A stretch of DNA of 64,000 bases, from the NCBI RefSeq assembly GCF_963506605.1, contig NC_083283.1, positions 60,512,001 through 60,576,000 on the forward strand. The letters are read 5' to 3'. How positions within the stretch are numbered: position 1 is the stretch's first letter; each line of letters starts with the position of its first letter. The notes under the pieces were generated by a model. That model was not told where the DNA came from. It did not search any database and saw only the letters and a program-made list of their open reading frames with translations. The position numbers and the translations under genes were made by a program. Below, piece after piece: positions 50,845-64,000 of the stretch. This DNA comes from Zootoca vivipara. Lineage: Eukaryota.

Positions 50845-52598
50845 AATAATAATAATAATAATAATAATCAGTTTTTAACTTCCCTTTGTTAGTAAACAGT
50901 TTCTAACTGGCAAGCATATCTAACCTTAATTAATCTGAAGTATCGTTTTTGGATTTCCTGAGAGGTCCAAGTCCAACCTTCTTTTCACACCTTGCCAAAA
51001 ATATAATGAATAGGCACAGATTCCCTCATAGGTGGGCTTTCACCCTGCAGCACCACACTTAAATGGCATGACTGATTCTGTCCCAAGAAAGTTGCCATCT
51101 ACTTGCTATGTAATGACATTTAAGCCTGAATGCCAGACCTTTGTGCAAAAGCTCTTTCAGATTCAGAGTAAGGTTGTGAAACAACTTTTTTTTGTAACTG
51201 GGTGCACAAGACATCCCCAACCTGATCAGCTTTCCAGAATAATACCAGAAATTGCTTCCAGACTTGACCTGACACCCCAAGCCCAGGTTCTTTTTCCACC
51301 ATGAAAAGCCTTAGGAACAGGCTTAGGAATTGAAGGCAGATAACTAGTCTACAAACACATATAAAAGGGGCAGTAAAAGTCAGAGAGGGGGAAAACAGGC
51401 CCATACTGAAGGATGTCAGCAGCCTAAAGGCAATCCTGGGCATTTCAAAATTTGGACCAATAAAATGTTAGCAGGAATTATACTTGTGAGTGTGAGAATA
51501 CAAGCATGTATATCTGGTGGCAAGTTTATCTTTACTGAGCAGCTAAATTAGTGCCAAACAAAACTTGAGGCTGAATTATTGTTTTATATTAACATAATTT
51601 GATCAAAAGATGCCCAAGATTATTTGGCTGCCCTGCACTGAAATCTCTTCCTGCTTTAGTTCTCATGCGAAATACTTCAAAAGGCTATTCTTATCAATAG
51701 AGAATCTTTGAACCTAACCTTCTGTTACGGCAGAAAGCCACATTTTGAATTCAGCATTTTCTGAAGAGAGAATTTCTCACTTAAGATTTTAGGCTGCCTG
51801 AGATCTATCAGTGATGGCAATGATGAAAATGTTATCAATCTCAACATTAAAATTACAAAAGCTTCATGTCAATTGCCAGGCAAACGCAGCTGTTATTTTC
51901 ATGTTAGCAGGAACCAAAATGCTGTATGACACTAGCCCATTTTGGCATGAAATTTTAACCCAAGTTCTGTATACGATAAGGTGTGTCACGGAGAAAACCA
52001 TTATTCCTAGACTATAGCGGAGGAATGCAGAAGTGGGTAGAAACATATCCCCAAACATCTTAGCTATGTCCAGGCGGTTGCCTGAATACGTGGTGCTTAA
52101 AAGCACATGCACAATCTCTACCCCTAGCACCCCTGTTGCCTCACCCATTTGTTCTCCAGCTTTCCCATGTTGATAAAGCAGGGTGAAGGCAAGGGAACAA
52201 AAGCATACAAGGAGACTGGGTACAGGGTTTGCATTGCCCCCGATCCCCTTTTTAAACATTTGTTTTAAGGCAAATGCTTCAACCCACCCTCTTAGGTCCC
52301 CAATAATGTGCCTAGGAGACATTATTGCCTAGGAGCCGGACAAACAAGAACACACTCAGTGGGTATCATGGTATCTAACATCAGTCTTCCAACCTCTCTC
52401 ATTTGTAGTAGCAAAGATGAGTAGAAAACTAAACTCACTGTTAAACTCACCCACAAAGCACAAACTATCAAGCAATCCTTTTGTAAATGGAGCAACAATT
52501 CACAGAACAAAAAGTCCAGAATTGATCAGTTCATGTCCAGCAATATATTGGTGAACAAAGGGTTCCAGCATGAAGCTTCTAGTTATTGTTCCCATCTT

Positions 52599-52604
<6 letters not shown>

Positions 52605-52655
<51 letters not shown>
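52605..52655. repeat. (GT)n microsatellite
   Basis: Seen directly. Confidence 0.95.
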
Positions 52656-52657
<2 letters not shown>

Positions 52658-53798
52658 TCAAAGGACAAACCGAGGAGAAGACAGAAATGGCTGAGGAACA
52701 AGAAGCAACTATCTCCCCAACGTCATTTAACTTGCCTAAGCAGGAACAACTGTGCAGTCAACACACACTATAACTACAGGTTCCAGCTATGCTGTAACCA
52801 CAAAAAACAGAAAGACTGCTTCAAGTTCAGAAGGCAAGAGCATTCCCAGGAAGACACTGACACCCTAAAATTAAGCACATTACTTATAAAGAAGAGATTG
52901 TTCTTAAATGCATGTGATTCTAATGCCTCTCCCCACTTCTATGTGATATATAATGAGACTCACAATTGAATGTTCCTTCATACAAAAGAATATTATTATT
53001 TAATTTTTTAAATAAAAGATCTACACAATTGGCATGACATAAAACTCTTTGTATAGACAATACTATGCCGTGGTAAGCCACCCTCATGGAAATTTGATGT
53101 TACTGAATCCAGATAACAGATTCTCATTTGCTGTTAAAGCCCTAATGCCACAATTTTCCCCCCAATGGAAAATATGGATTGGCCACCAGTGGTTAGCACT
53201 GGACTGACTCAGAAATAAACTGAGCAACTCTAAATTAGATCTGACCCCTCGGATTTGAGTTAGGGATCACTTGAAAGCCTTAAAGATCCTTGGCCATCAA
53301 GTGACAGCTTTATATGGTCCAGAGACATCTCTTCTAGCAAAACATTTGAGGTAAAGAGGCAGCACCCACACCGGTGATGAGAGAAAGTGTTCTCACAGAG
53401 GACTTTGGGCAAGAGAATCCTCTTGAGAATGTGGCTCTCTCCCCACCTGTAATTTTTGCCATTGCAGCCTTCTTAAATCTATCCCTACTCAAGCCAATGA
53501 TCAAACTCCATTACTCCATTATGTGGAATATGGGAGAAACTAAGCACTCTTAACTTTACACTACTACATAAGTAGCTCACTTAGGGCAGCAATTTTCACA
53601 AAAGGAAAAGGCAGGAGCCGACATGCTTTCTCCCTGCTTCATGTAATATAGAATGTTGTTGCTGATATTATTTATTAGCTGCTTTAATCATGGAAATAAC
53701 AAAGCAACCTACAAAAACAATAAAGATACTAAAAGCAATTACAATAAACCCGGGCAACAAAAACTAAAACCAAACACATCTGTATGAATGGTCTAGCA

Positions 53799-54030
53799 CA
53801 GGGGTCAGAAAACTTTTTCAGCAAGGGGCTGAAACCTTGTGGGGGGCCGGACTATATTTTTTGGGGGGGAACGAATTCCTATGCCCCACAAATAACCCAG
53901 AGATGCATTTTAAATAAAGGGACACATACTACTCATGTAAAAACATGTTGATTCCCGGACTGTCCGCGGGCCGAATTTAGAAGGCGATTAAGCCAGATCT
54001 GGCCCCCAGGCCTTAGTTTGCCTACCCATG
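53799..54030 (+). mobile_element. hAT (Charlie-group) non-autonomous element
   Basis: caggggtcagaaaact ... agtttgcctacccatg, with TSD gtctagca / gtttagca (7/8 match). A related right end lies at ~63780-63888. Confidence 0.85.
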
Positions 54031-54079
54031 GTTTAGCAGATCCTGTCACACCAAGAGAGGCCACAAATATTTAAAAACA

Positions 54080-54425
54080 CTTCAAGTTAAGTGCAAAAGC
54101 TTGGGTAAAAAGAGAGGTTTTTACCTAACACCTAAAATGACACCTGGATGCCAGGTGAACCTCCATAGGGAGAGTATTCCATAAGCAAGGAGTCGCCCAT
54201 TGTAAGGCCCATTCTCATGTTGCCACCCTCTGAATCTCACATGGAAAAGGACCTCAGATGACAATCATTGAGTCCAGGTCGGTTCATATGGGGAGAGGCG
54301 GTCCTTGAAATCTCGGGGTCCTGAGATGCATAAGGCTTCAACAGGTCAAAACCTGCATTTTGAATTAAACTCAGAAACCAATTGATAGCCAGTGCAGTTG
54401 GGCCAAGATTGGTGTTATGTTCAAT
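54080..54425 (-). mobile_element. Old L2 fragment
   Basis: 'aggtcaaaacctgcattttgaatt..actcagaaacca..tgatagccagtgcag' is the reverse of the L2 HWLP..RIQFKVL region. Similar fragments lie at ~43700-44110 and ~56820-57290. Confidence 0.65.
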
Positions 54426-55039
54426 TAAATGGATTGGCAGGAGGTGCGAGATAATCTAAATGAAGCACATCTTCTCACTATTTATTTACTTATGGAAATC
54501 ATGGTCCCAAGATGTGGTGTTTGGCCACTAGGGAAGATGATTTTAAATATTAGAACAGGAGTGGGGAACCTGTGGTCCTCCAGGTGTAGTAGGACTCCTA
54601 ACACCCAATAGCCCAGTTACCATGACCAGTGCTCGAAACTGAGATATGAAAGCTAGGGGCTAAATGGCACCTTATGGGAGCAACAACAGAATTTCTAGGT
54701 GCACTGTTTAAATAACAATGCAAAGCTGAAAATAAGTGAACTGCAGCTAAAATATTATATTCATTTTTCACATGGTCTACTCCTTCCCCTACCCACCCAC
54801 CCCCTATATTCTCAAGAGGGCCTCTTCTCCAGTCTTCAGAAAGTAGCTGCAGTTTTAATGTGAAATCTTAGGCGTAGTACTGCACTCAGAGCTCAGAAAC
54901 TGCTTGCATTAATGAATTTCCCTGCCACAAAATGCGCCTAGAACAATGGGAGTTTCGAACACTGACCATGGCCAATGATCAGGGATAATGAGAGCTCCAA
55001 CCCAGCAACATCTGGGTTGGGGAAGGGCATAAATTCTCC

Positions 55040-55280
55040 ATTCCTGGGTTACACAAACTGAGGATAGGTCAATCAACAGCTATTAGCCACTACAACAAAA
55101 TAGAACCTCTTTTTTCAGAGGCAGCATACCTCCAAATACCATGTTGGAGACAAACAGGAGAAAGCAGCTTCTGGATTCATGCCCTGCTTGTCAGCGTCCA
55201 GAGACTCCTGGTTGGCTGCTGCTAGAACTCTGGACTAGATGAACTTTAAGAGCAGCTCTTCAGACTAATGTTCTTATGTT
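55040..55280 (+). mobile_element. Old CR1 3' end
   Basis: catgccctgcttg...ctggttggc...ctggactagatg...ttcttatgttc tail. Confidence 0.6.
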
Positions 55281-56284
55281 CACAACTTCAAAGTTAAGCA
55301 GCAATAAAGGTTAATAAATAATGGTGGAAGACAATTTGCACAAACTTCAACACTGCTTTAAGTTATTTTGACAAGAACATAAAAGACAGCATAAATTATA
55401 CCAATTAATACTACACTGACAGAACTTTTAATGCAGAACAAACAGGAATTGTTTATACAGATTATTCAGAAAATAGAGAGGGTATGCTTAAAAGAACCAG
55501 TCATGCCCTGCTTAAGAAGATTATGAGAAAGTGTTGATTGCTTTATGCATACAAAGCCCATATTAAGATCAGATGGTTGGCCTGTTGTCATGAGCCTAGA
55601 AGCAAGGCCAGACTTATTTGACCCATGCAGTTTAGTAAAGTGCTAATAATACACAATGCTAAATATTTATTATGGATTAAGGGCTGTGCCCATGCTCACT
55701 TTGCTTGCCTAACCCACCTACCACCAACACCACCTACTTCCCTTTCCCATTAGACCTCACCAAACCTCTGCAGCTTGCCTGGGCCACCCGCCTGCTCACC
55801 TCTGCCTTCAGTTCTCCCCTTCTCGCCCTCTAACGCTGCTGAGAGCCCAGTCTGTTGTAAGGATGTAGGTTGCAACACCACCTGCTGGTAGCCAAGCAAA
55901 CTGTTGCACGATGCCAGCCTGACGTGTTTATTATATGCAATATACTTCTGCCCCACCCTTCAACAAGTTCTCAAGGTGGCTTACAAAAAGTAGTTGTAGC
56001 AAGCAAGGTTATTATCTTTATACATGCTCTTAGGATTAGTAGAGATTTAAGAAGCACCCTTCCCCCAAGTCAGACCATTGGTCCGTATTATCCATGTTGA
56101 CTGGCAGTGGCTCTCCTGGATTACAAAGAGGAAATGATCCCAACTATACATGGAGATGAAGCTGATACTTTCTGCATGCAAATCAGATGTTCTACCACCA
56201 ATAGTTTATTGCAAGAGGTTCCATATTGAGAACTATGAATTGATGTAGACAACAGAAACTGTATTTATGAGGCTTTAGCATTGC

Positions 56285-56628
56285 TGGCGCTGTGGGTTAC
56301 ACCACAGAGCCAAGGGCTTGCCGATCAGAAGGTCAGTGGTTCGAATCCCTGCGATGGGGTGAGCTCCCATTGCTCGATCCCAGCTCCTGCCCACCTAGCA
56401 GTTCGAAAGCACGTCAAGTGCAAGTAGATAAATAGGTACCGCTCCGGCGGGAAGGTAAACGGCGTTTCCGTGCACTGCTCTGGTTCGCCAGAAGCGGCTT
56501 AGTCATGCTGGCCACATAACCCGGAAGCTGTACGCCGGCTCCCTCAGCCAGTAAAGCAAGATGAGTGCCGCAACCCCAGAGTCATCCGCGACTGGACCTA
56601 ATGGTCAGGGGTCCCTTTACCTTTACCT
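56285..56628 (+). mobile_element. Sauria SINE (about 10 bp missing at the 5' end)
   Basis: Body and (ACCTTT)n tail match the other copies. No TSD visible. Confidence 0.92.
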
Positions 56629-57465
56629 GATCAGAACAGTTTATGCCCCTGAGAAAAATATAAAATTGGGAGGGGGGAAAGTCTGGTGATTGAACTCCTG
56701 AGTTAAGGCCATTTTTGGCAATCAGCTATGAATGGGTTAAACTTGTATATACATCAGAAGAAAAACACACAGCGAAAAACAAACAGCAGCATCAATGTGG
56801 GTCAAAAAAGCTAAGGAGAAGACACCCTTCAGGTGAGGTGTGTGTCACCACAAGAAAGGCCCTCTGCTGCAACTCATCATAATGCACATCCCTAATGAGG
56901 AGACACAGAGAAGAATCCCCTTCAAAGACTTTAAGGCATGAGCAAACTAATATAGGTAGATGCATTCCATCATTGTTAGGGCCCCAAACTATTTAGGGCT
57001 TTAAAGGTAAGTAACAGCACTTTGAATAGAGCTCAGAAGTGAACAAGCAGCCAATGTAACACTTTCAGAATTGATGTAATACAATTCCACCCAGTTGAAT
57101 CAATTAACATTCTAGCAGCCGCACTTTGCACTAATTGAAGCTTCCAAGTTGTCTTCAAGGTCAGAGCCAGCATGCAACATATTACAATAATTTAATTGGG
57201 AAATTACCAGTCCATAGGCCTCTGAATCAACACTATCCCTTTCCAGGAAGAATTGCAGCTGGACTACCTGCTTGAAGCTGAAAGAAGGCACTCTACTACA
57301 CCACTGTTTTTGGACTACAATTCCCACCATCCCTAACCACTGGTCCTGTTAGCTACAGTTGTAGTCCAAAACAGCTGGATACTTAACTTTGGGGAACCCT
57401 GCTCTAGATAAACCATTAGTGTCCAACCCCTTCTGGTTCTAAAACTGACTCACATAGACACTTAC

Positions 57466-57754
57466 AACATTTCCCCACTCCCAGGGTGCATGATCACATG
57501 TGAACCAGAAGTACAGTATTTCATGAAGTACTTTACAGTGAGTTCCATGGCCACCAAAACTATTGGAGTAGTCATAGGAATCACTGCAAGGCAAACATGC
57601 ACTGTTGGTTCACCTGGCAATTTCGCACAACCACAGGGGCACATGTCCCCAAGCAGAATCCCATGGACATCAACCAGTGGCAAAAATGACCATGCAAAGC
57701 GGCATGGCAGAAACATGGTAGATGTTGAGATTCATTCCAGCATGGCAGCCTTTT
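57466..57754 (-). other. Candidate 289-nt exon (5'UTR/uORF, alternative first exon or poison exon)
   Basis: Minus strand reads tattttag|AAAAGG...GAAATGTT|gtaagt. The 84-aa ORF 57462-57716 ends exactly across the donor. Non-repetitive sequence of balanced composition. The acceptor is weak. Confidence 0.3.
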
Positions 57755-58812
57755 CTAAAATACTGTAACTATGGTGTTTTTTATGTTTGTTTCAACTCAA
57801 TGGCACTACCCATCTTCACATAAAAGAACATGACTGCTAATGGATCTCAAAGAAATGAACTGATAGGTTGTGACACTTTTTTCAAATCTGCACGTCAACC
57901 TGTTCAGAACATGACATGGAGGAACGTTGTTAAAATGACTTTTTTCCTTTAGAAATAGCAGAGAGAGAAAGAACTTTAACCAAAAAAAAAATCTGTGTTG
58001 CATACAAATATATATGTGCTACATTTTCCTCCTAGCAGAAGTTGAGCTTATTCCAAACTTAATGAAGGAACCTTTTTGTGAAAATATTAATACAAACCCC
58101 ATTAATCACTTCAATTTCTCAGAAGCCATTCCAAAACCATTCTGAGGGGATAAAAACCTTTGATATTATTCTGCCCACTCCCTTTATATTTATGTACAAA
58201 ATGCATTTCCATTCAAAATAGAAGACAAAATTTTCAAATTCCTGTTCAAACGATCAGAGCTTCCAAATTTCTTTTTAGAGGCATTTAAACATATTTATGA
58301 GGTGACAAGACTGAATGGAAGCTGCACTGTACAAACAGAAGCCCAGGAGGCAAGCATAAGATTGGCTAGGCCAGGAGCCAATTTGTATTAGAGATTCAAG
58401 AACTCACAATATCTCTTTAGTTACCAATGGGTCTTGAGCCAGAAGCTGCAGGGTGCAAGACTCTTCTTTCCTACCAAGCAGATGGTCACTGCTTAACAGA
58501 ATTTGTCTGTTCCTAATGTCCGAGGGAAGGGTGCACTTGCAATCCCACACTCTAACACACTTCTTAACAAACAGATAATTAGCACCATCCCTATGGACTC
58601 ACAGACACACACAAACACACAGAGACTCCACACACAGCTCATATCTACCACATTTTGCGTGCAGAGGACTCATCTAGAAGGGATTGTCTATTTTGCTAGG
58701 TTAAAACTCTTTAAAAGTTGTCCTAGACCTTCTGACCGTTGTTCATCAAAGCTGGATGATTTGTAACCTCTATTGAGAGGCCTAGAGACATTCCATGCAT
58801 CTATTTACTCAC

Positions 58813-58889
58813 CATGTCTGCCTGAATATCTTCTTTTGAATGCTCTACTTTATTTTCAAATATATCTGTATAACATCTGATCTTGTGAC
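58813..58889 (-). other. Candidate 77-nt exon ending in ATG
   Basis: Minus strand reads ttcactatcctcctcctgcag|GTCACA...GCAGACATG|gtgagt. Both splice sites are near consensus and one frame is open. Confidence 0.3.
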
Positions 58890-58997
58890 CTGCAGGAGGA
58901 GGATAGTGAATATTCTCCAGGATCCTTTTTTAAGGTTTTCCATTACAAAACAAAATTCCGTCTTGGAATGTATTTACTTATGGAACCCCTATGGCTT

Positions 58998-59235
58998 CAC
59001 CTTGGTTCTCAAACTTAATCTGTTCTGGGAGTCGGTTTGACTCCTGAAACTGTTCAAAAACCAAGGCGTGGCTTCCAATTGGCTGCAGGAGCTTCCTGCA
59101 CTCAATCAGAAGCTGCATCGGACGCTTGGCTTCCGAAAAATGTTCGAAAACTGGAACACTTACTTCCAGGTTTTCGGCGTTCAGGGGCCAAAACGTCTGA
59201 GTACCAAGGCATTCAAGAACCAAGGTACAAATGTA
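58998..59235. mobile_element. Tigger-like MITE
   Basis: accttggttctcaaac / attcaagaaccaaggtac TIR remnants, with TA at the right end. Confidence 0.7.
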
Positions 59236-59706
59236 TGTATTTTTAAAAAAATACTTATTTGGGTAATGTATATCCTGCTTTAAAGCATGTATGAATTTTC
59301 AAGTGGTTCACAATTTAATATTGAGTTATAGCTACATTTCAAAAAGTCAACAGTACACCACTAGATGAAATAGCAAACAAAATGCCAAATAAAATCCAAA
59401 TTAAAAACAAAAACAAAAACCATCTTGCTATCAGATTAATCATTAAAAGCACAAGTTATCGCGGAAGTTATATCATTAAGCTTCATCCCTGGTTTTTTGT
59501 TTCCTGATCTCTGGAACAGTTATACTAATGACACACGACCAAAAAGCAAAGTATCTGCAGTGATGTGTTTAATTGGATGCTTTTTATTTGAAAGAACAGC
59601 TGTAACACTGCTGGTTTTCCATTAGTATTGCTAATACCTGCTGTACCACATACATTGCCAATAATTACAGTGGTTAGCTGTAACTGTTACATATAGGAGA
59701 ATTCTA

Positions 59707-59976
59707 CAGTGGTGTCTCGCTTAATGAATGCCCTGCTTAACAAAATTTCCGCTTAACGAGCGGAGGTTGCCTCGCTAGACGAATTCGTTTTATGAAAAAT
59801 GCGTCTAGCGAATCATGGTTTCCCATAGGAATACATTGAAATTCAATTAATGCGTTCCTATGGGCAAAAAAAATCCAAAAAAAATCAATGCATTCCTATG
59901 GGATTCGCTAGACGAATTTTTCGTTATAAGAAAAGACCCGTGGAACGAATTAAATTCATCTAGCGAGGCACCACTG
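59707..59976. mobile_element. Tigger-like MITE
   Basis: ta|cagtggtgtctcgctt ... tagcgaggcaccactg|ta. The internal cccataggaat motif is shared with the 20738 and 27570 MITEs. Confidence 0.88.
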
Positions 59977-60167
59977 TATGCTACTCAAGAAGCGAGGCTA
60001 CAGCACCAGTTACACAACCAACCCAGTGCTATTTTTTCTAGAGAAAGAGGAACCGGAACTCACCATAAGCCCCTTCCTCGTTCTCTTAGAATAGTAGTGG
60101 TGCCCATCTGAGAGGTGCTGGAACTGGGTTCCTACTTTCCATAATTAATGCTTCAGAGCATTACTGG

Positions 60168-60560
60168 TCAGCGGTGTAACTAGCTGCTTGGGCACCCGGG
60201 GTGGGGGGTGGGGTGAGCCCCGCAGGGCAGGGGTGCGCTGCATGGAGGGTCGCCGTCACCATCACCTTCCCCTCAGTTGTAGGGCGGCTAAGGGAGAAGA
60301 GGCGGGCAGACGCAAGCACCACATTGCCGTTTTGGGCAACACAGAGCCTGCAGGCAGTCCGCCCACCGCCTCCCCCTCAGCTGTAGGGCAGCAGCCTGTG
60401 AAAGAGGTGGCAGGAAGAAACGTTTTGGGCAGCGCAGAGCATGCAGGCGCCCAAGCCACCCCATCACTCCCGGGAGAGATGCATGGGTCAGGCATGCTGC
60501 AAGCCCTGCAGTAATTGCTGCCCCCCACAGTGTGGTACCCCCTCACTCCCTATGCCTCTG
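60168..60560. mobile_element. GC-rich non-autonomous DNA transposon-like insert
   Basis: cagcggtgtaactag ... cctatgcctctg ends, and a GC-rich body in an AT-rich context. Confidence 0.5.
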
Positions 60561-62772
60561 TTACAGGTGGTACACTATCAGTGGCACCCTTATTATAAGC
60601 CTACTAGGTAGAATTACGATTTTCATGATTCACTCCTTTACCAGTGCATGTTGGAAAGACAATATAACTGTGTTATTTCTTTCACAGTATTGATATGTCT
60701 CCTTTTGGTGATAGATACTGCCTGCCTTAAAACGAAATCCTTACCTCTCTTATCATACTTTAACTATACTGCTGCTCCAGCGGGAAGATTTTTAACACAA
60801 AAAAGGACCAAATTCTTTTGGTGTGTTTGTGTGCACAAGGTAGTTTTTCAGCATCTCAAAGCTCAAAATCAGTTTAGTGTATGTACACATGTTGCAAGTC
60901 TGGTAACTTTACCCTAAAGCAATTTAGGATTGTTGCCTTGAAGGGTACATCTAAGGGCAGATCATCACTGCCCATGGTGAAACAGATATTCCAATCTGTG
61001 ATTAAATATGAAAACTAGCAATGGTAATGAGTTCTGAAGTTATGGGATTTTGTGCATGTGATGTAGAACATTAAAAAAAATAAACTAAAGAAGATAAAAT
61101 ACTGGTTCTTCCCAACAATCCAAATGCTATCTTACTCAGTATGAAACGTGTATTTTGAATGCTGATTGAATTGCCTGAAATTCATTCTTCTATTAACTGT
61201 TATCAGTATAAGGGCACTTTAGCTTTTAAGATGCTTGTTTTGTTTCTAGCGATTGGGCATGATGTTCAGTCATCTGATCTCTCTCAAGGTCAAGGTCTTC
61301 AGTAACTTGATAAAGATTACATCATTCCCCTCTATCCATCTGTAGGACAATTACATCACTGATCAATAATAGTGGTCTGTGCTTACTATTCACATATTCA
61401 TATTATAAGAGTGCATTAAAAACGTAAGCACTGCATTTACAAAAAGCAACATATGTGGCTCACAAATAATCCATTTCTTTTTCAAAAAGAGGTATTTTAC
61501 AACAAGGTAAAAATTATTTTGCCATTTGTGAATAAACAGGCATAAATATAAAACAGAATGCAGTTCGCTCAGGAAGAATTGCTTATGGGCATGCTTAATG
61601 ATCCCAGGGATAATGAGAGTTATTTAAGAATATTAACAGGACTCAACCTTACACCAGATTTATTTAGATGGGTGCGAGAATTCTGCAGCATTCCATCTGT
61701 AGTTCCTGTCTCAGGAGCTCTAGTCAGTATTATAACTTTTTTAAAGAATTGTGGAACATGAAAATTGTTCCCTTGCCTTACTGCATTAACATTTATACTG
61801 CAATATAACATAACACTGCTGGGTCTACCTGCTGGGCTGGTATGCAAACAAACCTGCCATGACTGTAATGAATGGTCAGTGATTAGTAGGATTTATCAGT
61901 GTGCTTCTGTGAGTAATCCCATGCTTACTCAGTCTCTTAGGTAGTTTTCTTCAAACCACTTAACAGATAATTTAAAGTAAGATTCTTGAGGGCTGTGGCC
62001 TTAGGAATCAAGTTCTCCTTTGACAAAATGTTTGAAGCCAGTTTAGCATTACCCAGCCAACATTCTCACAGATGATAGGGTCTAAAAGATCAAGCTTTTG
62101 ATTCTTTAAACATTTCCCTATGGTGTCAGATTCTCCTCCCACTCCACAATGAAGCTTGCAGCTTCTTAACCCCAACCACAGCTTTCTTCAACCCACCTCC
62201 ACAATAACCTGTTCATCACACCTTAGTGGTGTATCTTACTTTTCTCCCTTCAGCTACTCAGGCCCATTATAAAGGTGCAGAAATTGCACACACACTGCAG
62301 TCTCTCCCGATTGCTGCACATCTTCAAGTGGAGAATCGCTTCTTTCACCATTTCCCTGTGGTAATATACCACAGGCACATGAAAGGCTAACAAGACAGGA
62401 AGAAGGTAAAGTTGAAATGGTTTGACTTGACATTGTTAGTTTTTCATAGGAGGAAAACCTTTTACAAAGAACATTCAGATATATGATTGCCCTACCTGCA
62501 ATCTAAAGTGGTAAAGTCCTAGAAGGTCTGTATCACATGTTCTAGTTGCATATAAGATCTGTCCTCAATAATGACTAGAGATGGCTATTATGCTTTTTGA
62601 CGATCTACTTGCTTGCTCACACCTTCAGGTTTATCAAAGCCAGGCAGGCCTGGTAGGAATTTTTCCCACTTGGCAAATTGGCTCAGGCCTTGTGGTTTTC
62701 GCCTACCTTGTAGCTACTCGTCACAACTTGCGTTTTGGTGGTAGGCATTGGATTATCTCATAAAGGTACAGG

Positions 62773-63132
62773 TGTGGGGGGAGGTTGCTGCCATCACCTC
62801 CCCCAAAATGTGGAAAGATACTCCCTTAAGGAGTCCGGGGGCGTTGCCAAGTCCGAAGCCGTGGTAGGTGAGGGCCAGAGGGCACGCCCCTAGCGGTGGC
62901 CCCAGGATGAGCTCCTAGTTGATGTGCATCACAGGACTCATCCAACGGTGGTTAACCTTTCACAGACTGCCAGCAGAGCGGGCTGGAGTCGGATATAGTC
63001 GGTTAGATCCAATGCCTAGGCCAATACCCCTCTACATCCGTAATCAATAAAGTTGTGGCCTTCTATGCCCATTAACCTTATGCAATGTGTCTAGTGTTTT
63101 ATTTCTCGGGGAGGCATTGGGATATCGCCACA
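62773..63132 (+). mobile_element. Solo LTR (360 bp), probably Gypsy
   Basis: TGTGG...CCACA termini, CpG-rich body, and 'aataaagttgtggcc' poly(A) signal near the 3' end. The TSD is poor (cagg/caaa). Confidence 0.65.
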
Positions 63133-64000
63133 CAAATATGGCTCCACTTCAAAGCAATGCAACGAAGATGATGCAGCATCTATACCTATTCCCAATGCAT
63201 TTCAGAGCAAATAGTGCAGGGTCAGCTGCTAGTGAAATCTATTTCTCACACCCTGACTCCAGAAAACTTATAATCATAATTCTGATTCCAATAACCAAAA
63301 TCACAGAATACAAACAACTTTGGTAAGAGCCAGAAAAGGGAAAGCTGTTGGGTGGGACTTCTTTGTGTGAGGTGGGTTAGCTTCATATATACACCGAGTT
63401 TCTGTGGTTATTCAATGGTGTTAATGGGAGTCTGGAGTGAGAGGCCAGATTGAAGGTGGTGATTCAAACCATCTATTTATTGTTGACAAAAGGAGTAGCT
63501 CCTTGCCCTTGCAGGGAGATGATTTTGTAACTACAGTATATGATCGAGCTGCTAGGAACTGAGTGCACTTTAATTTTTAACCTCTGTGAAAGAAGTGCTA
63601 TGCACTTTATTTATTAACACCGCCATGTACTAGCTTGCTGGTTATATCACTCTTACTATCCAAATGCATTGGAAATGTTTCTCACATCTGATTATGGTTT
63701 ATTTTATTGTAACTAACATTTTGACGATTGAAAGTTTATTTTATAATCAATTTTAATATATTTTAATATATTTTAATATTTACATTCTACTCATGTAAAA
63801 ACGTGCAGATTCCTGGACCATCCAGGGGCCGGATTTAGAAGACGATTGGGCCGCATCCGGCCCCTGGGCCTTAGTTTGGGGACTCCTGCTCCAGACAATT
63901 CTTTGTAGTACCTGAGGTCTTGTTAGAATCCCCAGATTTACAGCTTTACTCTTATCGAAGAGGTAAGAGCTTACTGAAGCATCCCTTTCAGAACAGAGTA

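Overview
This is eukaryotic, gene-poor, repeat-rich DNA from a squamate reptile, most likely a lacertid lizard, judged from its Sauria SINEs, BovB LINEs, Squam3-type SINEs and L2/CR1/Penelope content. No host protein-coding gene can be named. The only ORFs with recognisable products are retrotransposon ORF2 fragments: BovB RT, an L1 C-terminus, an RTE-X-like C-terminus and L2. The window looks like a large intron or intergenic interval, with a few weak minus-strand exon candidates. Main points: (1) a nested insertion at 15.8-18.3 kb, where a 5'-truncated L1 with a perfect 58-bp flanking duplication contains a Squam3 SINE and a young RTE-X-like LINE with its own 16-bp TSD; (2) an adjacent Penelope terminus encoding a minimal hammerhead ribozyme plus a fold-back junction; (3) a chimeric hAT-type element carrying an L2 tail and a Sauria SINE; (4) several unusual insertion products, namely a tail-only SINE, an internal-only L2 piece and a microhomology-deleted BovB. 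I found no evidence for a wholly new biological system. Family names come from recalled consensus features, not database searches.
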